A DNA stretch of 54,598 bases from Octopus bimaculoides (GCF_001194135.2 NC_068981.1:103304297-103358894), one strand, 5' to 3'. Positions 12,248 to 25,645 are shown, numbered from the stretch's first letter. Notes: a model not told the origin generated them from the letters alone. Translations and numbers: made by a program.

Positions 12248-13358
12248 ATATNNNNNNNNNNNNNNNNNNNNNNNNNNNNNNNNNNNNNNNNNNNNNNNNN
12301 NNNNNNNNNNNNNNNNNNNNNNNNNNNNNNNNNNNNNNNNNNNNNNNNNNNNNNNNNNNNNNNNNNNNNNNNNNNNNNNNNNNNNNNNNNNNNNNNNNNN
12401 NNNNNNNNNNNNNNNNNNNNNNNNNNNNNNNNNNNNNNNNNNNNNNNNNNNNNNNNNNNNNNNNNNNNNNNNNNNNNNNNNNNNNNNNNNNNNNNNNNNN
12501 NNNNNNNNNNNNNNNNNNNNNNNNNNNNNNNNNNNNNNNNNNNNNNNNNNNNNNNNNNNNNNNNNNNNNNNNNNNNNNNNNNNNNNNNNNNNNNNNNNNN
12601 NNNNNNNNNNNNNNNNNNNNNNNNNNNNNNNNNNNNNNNNNNNNNNNNNNNNNNNNNNNNNNNNNNNNNNNNNNNNNNNNNNNNNNNNNNNNNNNNNNNN
12701 NNNNNNNNNNNNNNNNNNNNNNNNNNNNNNNNNNNNNNNNNNNNNNNNNNNNNNNNNNNNNNNNNNNNNNNNNNNNNNNNNNNNNNNNNNNNNNNNNNNN
12801 NNNNNNNNNNNNNNNNNNNNNNNNNNNNNNNNNNNNNNNNNNNNNNNNNNNNNNNNNNNNNNNNNNNNNNNNNNNNNNNNNNNNNNNNNNNNNNNNNNNN
12901 NNNNNNNNNNNNNNNNNNNNNNNNNNNNNNNNNNNNNNNNNNNNNNNNNNNNNNNNNNNNNNNNNNNNNNNNNNNNNNNNNNNNNNNNNNNNNNNNNNNN
13001 NNNNNNNNNNNNNNNNNNNNNNNNNNNNNNNNNNNNNNNNNNNNNNNNNNNNNNNNNNNNNNNNNNNNNNNNNNNNNNNNNNNNNNNNNNNNNNNNATAT
13101 ATATATATATATACATACATTTATATACATATATAGATGGATATACATACATATATACATACATGTATATATGCACACACATATGTATATATATTGTATG
13201 TGTGTGCGTGTGTGTGCGCGCACGCGGTGTATCTCTGTGCGTGTTATAAACTACAGTATTACAAGATTAAAAACTTATTTCCTTAGTCATGTTTCATTGT
13301 TTTGTTAAGTTTCTATTGTTGTTATTGTTGAAGCCATTGTTGTTGTTGTTATTGGTGT

Positions 13359-13392
<34 letters not shown>

Positions 13393-14145
13393 ACTGTCAC
13401 TGTTGCCACCGTCGTAGTCGTCGTTGTCTCTTTTTTAATCACCTTATCTCTTTGGCCAATATACCTTTAAGTGTGTCAAATTCAGTAAGATCACTGTTTA
13501 GTTGAGAGGAGAGAATTAGGAGTCAATGGGTTACAGATAACATGACACTATTGAATAAACAAACAAATGAATAAATAAATAATTAAATAAAAGAGGGAAA
13601 ATGCGATGGGAGGCAGTATCGTACTTGAACTTCCAATATTGTCCTCTATATAGACAGCCTAACCACCCGATCAAACCTATTCGCCCCCACCATCCCCCAT
13701 CGTATTTCTTATCTGTGTGGTACTATCGTTCGTTGCTATGCATATTGTGTATGCAAGTACTGATGTTGTATACACGTGTGTACGTATTGTACTGTAATGT
13801 ATGTCATGTGTACTTTTGGCTTTGTAAATTTTTTAATACACATACATACAAACACACAGAAACGCATGTATGTATATATATATATATACATACATGCGTA
13901 CATACATACATACATACATACATACATACATGTGTGCGTGTGTGTGTGTGTGTGTTTGAAGGAAAATATGAATTAATTAAATCCAAGCGTAAACCTCTTT
14001 AAGCACTTTGTGGAAATCGAACCCGGTTAACTAAATTGTTCACCTAGTACTACGGTAATCCGTATATGCTATTCTTTTCTTGTGACAAGCACAATTTCTA
14101 AATCCGTTGTAGAACACGCACAGACTCCCTGCCCCGGCCCCTCCC

Positions 14146-14210
<65 letters not shown>

Positions 14211-14224
14211 CATATATGTGTATA

Positions 14225-15295
14225 TTGGGTGGTCCATTTTTTTCAATTTCATCGTTGCAGTATCAGTATTTTGGGTCTACTCCCTTTTTCATCACATTGG
14301 CTTGATAGTTTCGAGTTAGCTAAGATGGAGCCGTCGCTCTCTACCTTTAGTTCTAAGTTCCGTAGCCAGTGATGGGTGTGCTTCTTGTCTACATCAGCTT
14401 GTTTGCTTCAGGCCACTTATTTGCCATGAAGAGGCTTTTGTTCCCAATTGTTCGTACGCTTTTTTTTTTTTTTTTGCCATTCATTTCACCTTTTTTGCAA
14501 CAAGAGTTGCCGCACTTCCATCATGCTGTTCAACCTGACTATTATGCATGAACTCAGTAGCAAATCGTTTACTCTCTTTCATGAGAGAATGAAGTTTCTT
14601 ACGCCTCTTGTGATTTTCAACGTGTTTTAGCATCCAGTGGTTAGATTTTTCAAGAGATTTGGTCAGTCCAATTGTGGTGGTCTTGTAAGAGATTTCAAAC
14701 TGGATCAGGCCTCGACCTCCTTGGGCTCTGGGAAAGTAAAGATCATTTGCATCCACCTTTGGGTGGTGCATCTTATTGAAAGTCAGCAGCTTACGTATTT
14801 TCCTTTCACTTTTCTTTATTTCGCTGATATTCCTGTTCAACTCATCGAAACTATAAATAACAACTAGAACTGCTAAGGAATTTATGGGTAACACCTAATG
14901 TGCATTTAGCTCAGATTTCAGGACTACTCGAACTCTCTTATAAAATTCTTACCTGTTCGTCTCTTTCATGCTTGTATGCTGAATGCCAGAGCCTTCATTT
15001 ATTCCGAGGCATTCGTAAGTGTATTCCTGCTCAAGTTCTTTTATAACTTTGTCAACAACTAACACGATTGAAGTTGATGTCTTCAATTTCCCTTTCTGGA
15101 AAGTGGCCTTGACATATTTATCAAGACCAGATTCCATCCCGATGTCATCACTGAATGTACGTAATAAGCTTTCAAGTTCATTATTATCTTTGCCATAGTC
15201 ATCCATATAAAATAGATGGCTTATTTTGTTGTCTATTTTACACCCATACCCTTTTCTGTTAAGTTCACTCGTAAGGAGTATGAGAGCTATTATAT
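14225..15295 (-). mobile_element. R4/Dong-clade non-LTR retrotransposon fragment (RT to zinc-knuckle start)
   Basis: ISHLFYMDD, FSDDIGME, MHHPKVDANDLYFPRAQGGRGLIQ; multiple stops. Confidence 0.85.
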
Positions 15296-15344
15296 ATTAT
15301 TATCATCATCATCCTCCTCCTCCTCCTCATCATCATCATCCTCC

Positions 15345-15384
<40 letters not shown>

Positions 15385-15495
15385 CGTCATCATCATTATC
15401 ATCATCCTCATCATCATCTTCGGCAGCAGCAGCAGCAGCACCAACACCACCACCACCACCACCACCACAACTACCACCATCATCACCATCATTAC
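15296..15495. repeat. Compound trinucleotide microsatellite (CAT/CCT/CAG/CCA)n
   Basis: Visible repeats giving the poly-H/S/D ORFs. Confidence 0.95.
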
Positions 15496-15735
15496 TTGCT
15501 TTTTCCAATAGCAATTTCTTAAAATTGGAATCTCAAATTTAAAAAAAAATTATTATGCTTAAAAAATTCCCGTATATAATTTTCTATTTCTATATTATGC
15601 CTATTAACAAAGAAATTAAACAAAAACTACAAATTCTCGACTTCTTGACGTGCTGAGACCTTAACCTTATTTGCAGCTTACTGTTTATTAACCAGGCGTT
15701 ACATACGCGCGCGCGCACTCACACAAATACACATA

Positions 15736-15770
<35 letters not shown>

Positions 15771-16502
15771 GACGCGCGTACATACACACAAACATATACA
15801 TATCACTATATGTGAGTAATATATATTCATGTGTGTATGTGTGTTTGCATGCAATATAGGCAGGTAGGTAGAGGGATATATATCCATAAAGAAATGAAAA
15901 GAGACAGACAGACAGACAGAGAGTAGAGCAGAGAGGAAAAGATACACTAATAGACAGACAGGCAATCAGACAATCAGACTGCATGGAGATAATCCACTCT
16001 ATGCTGCTTCAGGCACCTCTGTATCGAGATAAGCCCCACATCACCTGAGTTAATAATTTGGAATTGATTCCTGGTCTTAGCTTCCCTACTTTCTTTAATC
16101 GGATAATGCACCTTGGAATGGTATGAAATATCTCAAGATTTTCTCTCGAAAACTTATTTCCCATCCCCTGATGAAAAAAATAAAATATAAAATAAAAATA
16201 AATAAGAAGTGAAGAATCTATATAATCAGCTTACTGGTCTGTTGACTCTCAGAGTTGACCTTGTTGAGAGAAGTACGGCTGTCACAATAACTTGTCTCCA
16301 GTAAATCTCGATGCCTTTCGATGTAGTTGCTTTTGGTGTTTAGCCTTCCATTCTCGAGAGATCTCTAATTGAATATACCGTCTTCGAGAAGTCTATACCC
16401 CATTTATTACTGGTCTCATGTTCGAATAAAGACAACAGCATAGGTCAATGATAGTTTTAACTTTTACGGTCGTTGTTGTGTACCTCGATGTCAGTCCTCA
16501 TT

Positions 16503-16574
<72 letters not shown>

Positions 16575-16599
16575 CATACATTCATACATACATACGTAC

Positions 16600-17652
16600 A
16601 TTTATTTATTTATTTATTTATGGGTTTCAGCCAAGTGGCTGTGGTCATGCTGGAGCACCACGTCTTTATGCTGTGCTCTCTTCACGTTCCTTGCATGGTT
16701 ATTCTCCTCCGCCTGATATAGTCCAATCAAGAGTTTTGATGGCACATCTGGTGTATAAGAGAATTTGACATCGCTGCCCTAAACTGTGTCTCATTTCGAG
16801 CCATTGGTTCGTCTGCTATCGTGGAGAGGAAAGCGTAGAGTTTTGTCTTGAAGACCTCTATATCCACGTCTTGCAGGTCTCTCAAATGTTTTGGCAGGGC
16901 ATTAAAGAGCTGAGGTCCTCTGAAACCGAGGCTGTTGCAGTACCTTGTTCTTATGTGAGATGCAGTGGACGGTACCCTTGGTACCATGCAGTGGCGACCT
17001 GTGCAGGCATTCATGTAGTACTTGATGCCAAAGTTTGGTATCAGTCCTTCCAGTATTTTACATATGTATATTATTACTTATCTCTCCCGCCTGTGCTCCA
17101 GGGAATAGATACCTAGTGCCTTCAGTCGCTCCCTGTAGTTCATCTGTTGGACTGTGGAGATCTTGTTTGTATAGTGACGCTGAATTGCCTCGCGTTCTGC
17201 TGTCCGCTTCACACTGTGTGGTGACCACAGCTGAGAGCAATAGTCTAGGCGGCCCAGAACAAAAGCCTTCCATAGAGTCAACATGACTTTTTGATCCCAT
17301 GTTCGAAATATCCTCAGTATCCACCCTGCCAGTTGTCTGCACTTTGCTGTCAATGTGCATGTGAAATGATGCATCACTACACATGTTGATGCCCAGGTCT
17401 CTTACTGTTTGTGGTTCTGGGATTGCAGTACCTCTAGGTCCTGTGTATGCCAGTTGGGAGGCACTTGTAGCCTTGTAGCGCAGTACTTGAAATTTTTTTG
17501 CATTGAACTGCATATTATTTTTCTCTGCCCACTTGTATATTGCATTTAGGTCATTCTGCAGGCTTATGATATCATCAGGATTCTTTATTGCCTGAGATAG
17601 TTTTGTGTCATCAGCGTAGCTAGTGACAGTGGCTCTCCGAGTGACCGTGGGC
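16600..17652 (-). mobile_element. CR1/L2-group LINE, RT domain to 3' tail, running into an N gap
   Basis: SYADDTKL...LQNDLNAIYKWAEKNNMQFNAKKFQVL, RLDYCSQLWSP, GPQLFNALPKHLRD; (TAAA)n tail at 16600-16620. Confidence 0.92.
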
Positions 17653-18490
17653 NNNNNNNNNNNNNNNNNNNNNNNNNNNNNNNNNNNNNNNNNNNNNNNN
17701 NNNNNNNNNNNNNNNNNNNNNNNNNNNNNNNNNNNNNNNNNNNNNNNNNNNNNNNNNNNNNNNNNNNNNNNNNNNNNNNNNNNNNNNNNNNNNNNNNNNN
17801 NNNNNNNNNNNNNNNNNNNNNNNNNNNNNNNNNNNNNNNNNNNNNNNNNNNNNNNNNNNNNNNNNNNNNNNNNNNNNNNNNNNNNNNNNNNNNNNNNNNN
17901 NNNNNNNNNNNNNNNNNNNNNNNNNNNNNNNNNNNNNNNNNNNNNNNNNNNNNNNNNNNNNNNNNNNNNNNNNNNNNNNNNNNNNNNNNNNNNNNNNNNN
18001 NNNNNNNNNNNNNNNNNNNNNNNNNNNNNNNNNNNNNNNNNNNNNNNNNNNNNNNNNNNNNNNNNNNNNNNNNNNNNNNNNNNNNNNNNNNNNNNNNNNN
18101 NNNNNNNNNNNNNNNNNNNNNNNNNNNNNNNNNNNNNNNNNNNNNNNNNNNNNNNNNNNNNNNNNNNNNNNNNNNNNNNNNNNNNNNNNNNNNNNNNNNN
18201 NNNNNNNNNNNNNNNNNNNNNNNNNNNNNNNNNNNNNNNNNNNNNNNNNNNNNNNNNNNNNNNNNNNNNNNNNNNNNNNNNNNNNNNNNNNNNNNNNNNN
18301 NNNNNNNNNNNNNNNNNNNNNNNNNNNNNNNNNNNNNNNNNNNNNNNNNNNNNNNNNNNNNNNNNNNNNNNNNNNNNNNNNNNNNNNNNNNNNNNNNNNN
18401 NNNNNNNNNNNNNNNNNNNNNNNNNNNNNNNNNNNNNNNNNNNNNNNNNNNNNNNNNNNNNNNNNNNNNNNNNNNNNNNNNNNNNNNNNN

Positions 18491-18545
<55 letters not shown>

Positions 18546-20412
18546 CATTGAATATTGTAATCCTAGATATAGATTATCCGAAAACAATACGCTATAATAA
18601 TGACTGGCGTGGGCCGAAACATTAGCACTGTCATATCATAAAATATATTAGTGTCAATAACGACGGTTAATTTGCACCAAGTATTAATCTAACACTAATC
18701 AAGTTTCACTCTGCAAACACGGGGTATACTGCTTATCTTTCTTAAGCCTTCATCTCCTGAGAAGACGACTTTGAGAAAGTGGTGTCAGCTATCTCAACAA
18801 ATTCAAAAATATAAACATTTTAAAGAGATAAAAGTTCAGTTACGATTCCCCAAAACAATAGACACTGACATTTTATACAGCTGTTTTAATCTAAATAGAT
18901 TTTATCAGATAAAAATTAAAGCTAACTTTTCGAATAAGTGCAGAGAAATATCTGTCACTGGATACGAAAATTTATCTGTTCATAGATTTCTTACTTGCCA
19001 ACCTCTAATCGCGAGTCTTGAACTAACGAACCCAATGACTTTCTAAATGGTACTCGCCTGACATCTGCTGACATGTTCTGTATTATTTAGATGAAGTTTT
19101 AAGTCTACGCTTAAAGTATGTATCCAATCAATAACTTGGATGTTAATTCAGAGATTAAATTTGGCATTCACTACCTAGCCATTATAATGTGGACAGCTTT
19201 GTCCATCCTAAGAAGATTAAATAAAAAGATAACAAAAGTGAAGGAAAGGAAAAGGAAAGGAGTTACTAAGAAAGAAAAGAAAAACAGAAATAAAGCAATA
19301 GATATTCTTGGAATAAATACTGTTTCGTTTTGGCTACGTACAATGACTCAGTTTTAAAAGTAAGGTGAGAAGTTGAGATTGGAAGCTGTGGTTGTCATGC
19401 GTCTTACGGGCACTGGTAACATGTTTCGACATTCTGTTGAAGTAATTTCGCTTCGTTTATGCACCCTCTCTCCACCGCTAAGGTTTAAGTCTCATGTTAG
19501 TCACATTACTATTGTGATGCCATATTTATCGTCTGGGCACTGTAAAGCCAACTGAGAGAACGGCAGTTCATGTGTTGTCATCGATAATTCATTGTGTCCT
19601 TATTCTAGTCAAGACACTAAACACTCAAATGGCTGTGTCCGACTACGGACAATATAGGAAGAAACCACTATCAGTAATAGCAAATCTAAACAAGTCATTC
19701 ATTATAATTTTTCACGATCATGGCAAACTGAAATGAAATAATAGTTTATATGTTATAGAGATCGTTTCACGGATAGACTTCGCTCACACATATATGTATG
19801 AAATTTTATAAAATATGTATTTATTACATATATACATGCATACACATACATACAAACCAAGCAATTGTAAAACATTTCAAAGATTTTCCATTAAAGATTT
19901 TGTGGGGTGAATATATGCACATAACCACATAAGAATATAATATACATATCCACGCACACACATAAACACTAATGAAATGTACACACTTGTGTTTTATTGT
20001 GACACTCTCACAAGTAAAAGTTTATCTACACGTACATACATGTGCACAACACGTACACATGCATACACACATTGAGAAATTCAGGTAACCACAAACACAA
20101 AGAGTTGACTTGACTCAAACAAAAGAGCCATGCCTCTTTGTTAGTGATCGACTTGAATTCAGCAAAGGTTAAAAAAGGAAAAATTAAGTAAATCTCAAAG
20201 AAGCATTTATGCATTCATATAACAATGTTTTCCCTTGTATCTTTTGCTTGTTTCATTCACTTGACTTTGGTCATGATGGAGCATATACCTAGAATGCTTT
20301 AGTCGAACAAATAAACCCTAGTACATATTTTTAAGACTATTATATAACTCACTCAGATATGTATGTACATAACATACATACATACATACATATACACCTA
20401 CACGTATATATA

Positions 20413-21115
20413 CAGAGGTTGGACAAAATAATGGAAACACCTAGCATCATAGCATCATAATTTTGAAATATCTATAAGACCGTCAAAAGCTTGCTTATTT
20501 TTATGTTTTTTGATTAATTGTTAGTGTTGCTTAATATGTTTTGCTAAAAGCTTTTGACCCAGACTGCCTTCTTCCAATTGTTAAACATAGAAGAGGATCT
20601 GTGCTGATCTAGGGGCTTATATCATAGAAATCTGCCAGCCCAATGGTTTCCCCTCATGGCAGAATTAATAGTCAAGACTATTTAAGCATTTTATCTAATC
20701 AAATTCATCCTATCGTTGCGAAAATGTTTCCGGAGGGAAACGCAATCTTTCAGGACGATAATGCACCAATTCACACAGCTAAAGTTGCTACTGAATGGCA
20801 TGAGGAACATGTTAGTGAAATTGAACATCTTATCTGGCTACCGCAGTAACCCAGATCTCAATATTATTGAACATTTATCGTGCATTTTAGAAAAACAAGT
20901 AAGGAGTCGATATCCTCCACCATCATCACTACAAGAACTGGAGACTATTTTAGCTGAAGAATGGACAAAAACTCCTTTGGAAACAATTCAAACTTTGTAC
21001 GAGTTCATACCTCATAGAATTCAAACTGTAATTACTGCCAAATGCGGTCCTACCCCATATTAAAATAGATTTGCTTGAAATTTTAAGATGTTTCCATTAT
21101 TTTGTCCAACCCCTG
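20413..21115 (+). mobile_element. Internally deleted copy of the same Tc1-like family (703 bp)
   Basis: Same TIRs and TA flanks; lacks about 586 bp including the start codon and HTH region; keeps FQDDNAPIH...DLNIIE. Confidence 0.94.
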
Positions 21116-21391
21116 TATATATTGGAGTAGCGGATTGCTCATAAAGTATAGACATGGGGTTCGCAATTTTTAAAAAATCATAGAGTTTTAAGATGGAAAT
21201 ATTCATTACCCGAGAAAGAAGAAATATATAAATGAATTAATAAATAAGAAATAAACATATATTAAATTTATTAAAGTTAATTGCTCTATGAAGGTAGAAT
21301 GCGTTCCCTTGAAAGTAACAGGCTTAATTAGAATCAGGTGTGCAGAAATTTTGGATTGAATTCTTGAAAATGATTTAAATACTTTCTGCAG

Positions 21392-21445
21392 GTGCTACCA
21401 ATATCTACATGGATGGAAATTGGTTAAGCCACCCGCTTTTCAGTG
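21392..21445 (+). CDS. Candidate 54-nt internal exon of an unidentified host gene
   Basis: tactttctgcag| acceptor and |gtgagt donor; length divisible by 3; two open frames, (G)ATNIYMDGNWLSHPLFS(G) or CYQYLHGWKLVKPPAFQ. Confidence 0.42.
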
Positions 21446-22251
21446 GTGAGTAAAACGCAATTATTTCTTTGATAAAACACAGAGAAAAAAGTATTAACAA
21501 ACAAACGAAGAAACCTACAAATGAGACCCAAGGTAGAAAAGATTGTAACCATAACAATTTAAGTTACATATGATTAATAACAAATTGATTTTAATACACC
21601 CCTTTTTTTATGAAATCGAAGGATTTCTGTTGAAGCTTATTGTTCAAAGCAAAATTTTTCTCCACTATCTTTTAATGTAAATATAATTTAAGTTAATCGT
21701 AATTTGATAAGCGAAAGAACCTAGTTTGAAGTTTGTTTTCCTCTTGTTCTCCCTCATTCTCTTTTCTGTTTTATTTCTGTCTCTATCTTGCTTTTCTTTC
21801 ACTCTTTCTTTCTCCCCCCCACCCCACTCGCTCTCTAAACTCACCCTTACATATAAAAATATACCCATACTTATATATTTTGACAACTCCGAAGTACAAG
21901 CCGATGAGAAAATTCCCTGCGTGCTCGCCCGACGTGCTAGATATAACAACCGAATTTCTAGCAAATCCTACTCTATCGTCTTAGACATATTCGGTAATGT
22001 AATCCTAAGCTTCCTGCACATAAGTAAAAGACAGGTTGGAGTGACAACTTTCGGTCATAAGTCGGTCCTGTCAGAACTGAACCGGAACTAAACAACAACA
22101 CAAACACTAATGCAAACCACTGCAGATAAAACCAGTACCACATCAAATATAACACGTTGGTAAATGTAGTACTTCTAGGTATCCTTAAAAAGTGATGGTC
22201 AGGGTTAGAAGATCTTTAATAAGAGGTCCGCTCAATCAGGACCATGTACTC

Positions 22252-22296
22252 GCGACTGAAGATGAACCAAGCAGCCGGAAACTGAGTCAGTCTCGC
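22252..22296 (+). ncRNA. Type I hammerhead ribozyme motif (minimal, Penelope-type)
   Basis: GCGA-CTGAAGA-(15 nt)-GAA-ACTG-AGT-CAGT-C-TCGC: stem I GCGA/TCGC, palindromic stem III, GUC triplet; stem II weak. Confidence 0.6.
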
Positions 22297-23122
22297 AATC
22301 CTGTTGTCTGCTAGAGGTTGGCAGGGAAATTAGCTATTAACGTATTCCTTATAATACATTAAAAGTTGTATTCTATTTCCTTTTCTAACATCTGACATAA
22401 CTTTCATTTTTCCGGTCATTATGCTGAGGTTTAAAACTATGCGTGCAAATGAAACTCATGCTGTCCACAATTTGCTGATAGTTTTGCGGTTTATGCCCAG
22501 AGTATTGCCACAATCTATTATTGTTATTGCTGCCATCATTAACACAGATATACATTTAGTCGCTTGTTGTCATTATTCATGAACGATTTGTAGTTGTGGG
22601 TAGTAATGTTGGAAAAATAATATTATTTGATAATTTGTTCCCAATACACGAGAGAATTGTTTGCTATTTTCTTCCCGCAGAAGGAGGAGTTGGACTAACA
22701 CCGTAACGGGAATCATCTCCCACCCACATCATAGTAGCTAGGTTGAAAATAGTTTCCACTGTGAAGGCAGAAAGAACTAACAAGTCATAAAGTATCCTTT
22801 TTGTAAATGGTCAAGATACAGAACGATTAATTTCTCCTCCTCTTCCTTGATATAACAATTTTTTTCTTTATTATTGCCACAAAGGCCACGTCCGAAGGGA
22901 CATTGCAAGGACAGGCCACAAAAATGTATGTGTGGGAGGAGGTTTCGTAGAAATCAAACTTCATGCGACAAGAAGCAATAATATCCACAGTATAGGCAGA
23001 GTTCCAAGGAAAGGAGGCAATCTGTGACAATCAAGGAACACTGCACAGAGTAAATTAATATAACAAGGGCATGTGTCTTCTTTCCCAGCTACCATTCTCC
23101 TGCACATGTTATTATTATTACA

Positions 23123-23173
<51 letters not shown>

Positions 23174-23175
23174 GT

Positions 23176-23314
23176 TCAGTAGTTTTATTTTTATAACGTG
23201 CTTTCACTTCACTACCGAGCGCAGCTCTGTGCGCCTTGGGTATGTGCTGTGGTTTGCTGTGGTGCTCTTATGTTTACTGTATTGAAAGTTTTGCGTAGAA
23301 TGTGTGCAGTACCC

Positions 23315-23318
<4 letters not shown>
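23176..23318 (-). mobile_element. Very short 5'-truncated R4/Dong-like LINE copy inside (TAA)n
   Basis: Identical to 48260-48403 apart from a 2-nt indel; TAA repeats on both sides. Confidence 0.92.
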
Positions 23319-23373
<55 letters not shown>

Positions 23374-23989
23374 CATTATTATTNNNNNNNNNNNNNNNNN
23401 NNNNNNNNNNNNNNNNNNNNNNNNNNNNNNNNNNNNNNNNNNNNNNNNNNNNNNNNNNNNNNNNNNNNNNNNNNNNNNNNNNNNNNNNNNNNNNNNNNNN
23501 NNNNNNNNNNNNNNNNNNNNNNNNNNNNNNNNNNNNNNNNNNNNNNNNNNNNNNNNNNNNNNNNNNNNNNNNNNNNNNNNNNNNNNNNNNNNNNNNNNNN
23601 NNNNNNNNNNNNNNNNNNNNNNNNNNNNNNNNNNNNNNNNNNNNNNNNNNNNNNNNNNNNNNNNNNNNNNNNNNNNNNNNNNNNNNNNNNNNNNNNNNNN
23701 NNNNNNNNNNNNNNNNNNNNNNNNNNNNNNNNNNNNNNNNNNNNNNNNNNNNNNNNNNNNNNNNNNNNNNNNNNNNNNNNNNNNNNNNNNNNNNNNNNNN
23801 NNNNNNNNNNNNNNNNNNNNNNNNNNNNNNNNNNNNNNNNNNNNNNNNNNNNNNNNNNNNNNNNNNNNNNNNNNNNNNNNNNNNNNNNNNNNNNNNNNNN
23901 NNNNNNNNNNNNNNNNNNNNNNNNNNNNNNNNNNNNNNNNNNNNNNNNNNNNNNNNNNNNNNNNNNNNNNNNNNNNNNNNNNNNNNTGT

Positions 23990-24210
23990 GTGTGTGTGTG
24001 TGTGTTTTTGTCCCATACCACCGCTTAAAAACTGGTGTTAATGTATTTACGTCCCCGAAAATAGCGGTTCGGTAAAGGATCGATAGAATAAGTATCAGGC
24101 TTAAAAAGAGTTTGGGGGGGGGAGGGGGCGTTTCACTTGACTAAAATTCTTCAAGGCGATGCTCCAGCATGGTCGTAGTTTAATGAGTGGAACAAGTACA
24201 AGGTAAAAGA
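23990..24210 (+). mobile_element. Degenerate SINE 3' half
   Basis: tttacgtcccc...gatagaataagta...gatgctccagcatgg; family of 3405-3625. Confidence 0.7.
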
Positions 24211-24647
24211 TACTGACAGTAGGCCCAGTCTTTGGAGAATTGTCTCCACACTATCTCCTACCTCTCAACAAATTCACAGGAGCGTAGACCCCCACCCCTC
24301 CACTCACTTTCTTCACAAGTGTTACTTTAAGCCGGTGACGAGGGCTTAACTGAAGAAGAAAAGCTCTGTCCCCAGGCCTTTCTATTGTAAATAGAATAAA
24401 TGAAAATGTTCGAGAAAATATGAGTGAAAACCGAGCTACATTGAGACAGATATTTTGCTGTAAAATACAACGGTAACAGCAAAAGTAACAAGAAGAATAT
24501 TAAGGGAGGGTGGTGATGACAGTAATGTCACTGTTGCCAACGGTTATCTTAGCAATGATCTTGGTAGGAAGCATCTGAATAACACTGCTGATATAAGCTA
24601 TATATTATATTACGTCGTATTACATTATATTATATCATATATTGTAT

Positions 24648-24751
<104 letters not shown>

Positions 24752-24794
24752 CGTATGTATGTATGTATAATCAGAAAATGGGGAGAACTTTTGA

Positions 24795-25147
24795 TCAACA
24801 AACAAACAAATTGGACCACATCGGTAAATTATTTTTTAATACAAAACATTCATAACATTTCTATGACATAACATTTCTTACGGCCGTTTCCACTTCTGGC
24901 CTCTTCTGGAGGCCCTGTTCTTTCCTATTCCCTCTTTCCTTCGTTCATTATATTTTACGTATTTGTATTCACTCTAACGAAGCTACATGTACGAGATCGA
25001 ATGTGCTAGAAAGAGGAATTTTATTTCCGAAATTCTTTCGCAAACACCGACTAATATTGGAAGTGGAGACGGCTGTAAAAAAGGTTATGGTTATGTTTTG
25101 TATTAAAAAGCTATCTACCGATGTGGTCCAATTTGTTTGTTTGTTGA
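24795..25147. repeat. Foldback element with ~90-100 bp inverted arms
   Basis: 24795-24896 (caacaaacaaacaaattggaccacatcggt...ccacttc) is the reverse complement of 25060-25147. Confidence 0.85.
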
Positions 25148-25303
25148 GTTTGATTCCTGATAAACTTCTGATTATTCTGTTGTTACCTGAACCCTATGTG
25201 CATAGTGTGCCTGTATACTCATGCCCAGGGATAACACAGGTAATTGGTACCGATAGTAAATACGGATACTTTTATTCCTTAGTCGGTTACTACAACCGCT
25301 TAC

Positions 25304-25348
<45 letters not shown>

Positions 25349-25591
25349 CATACATACATGTATGTATATATCTATATATATATGTGCATATATAGATATA
25401 TGCGCATGTATGTATGCTTATACACTCACACGCGCGCGCGCACATATGTATATAATCATATTTATACATATATATATAGATAGATAAATATATTACAGCA
25501 TTTCATATAGCAACTAACGCTGTTCAGTCATGTTATACATATAGACCTCTATGTAATATGCAATGTGTACGTATCATTGCTGCTGCTGCTG

Positions 25592-25645
<54 letters not shown>

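Noticed and set aside
18590-18630. Hammerhead-like GGC-GTGG-GCC-GAAAC
   Set aside because: Upstream core does not match CUGANGA and no valid stem III; at most a very old remnant
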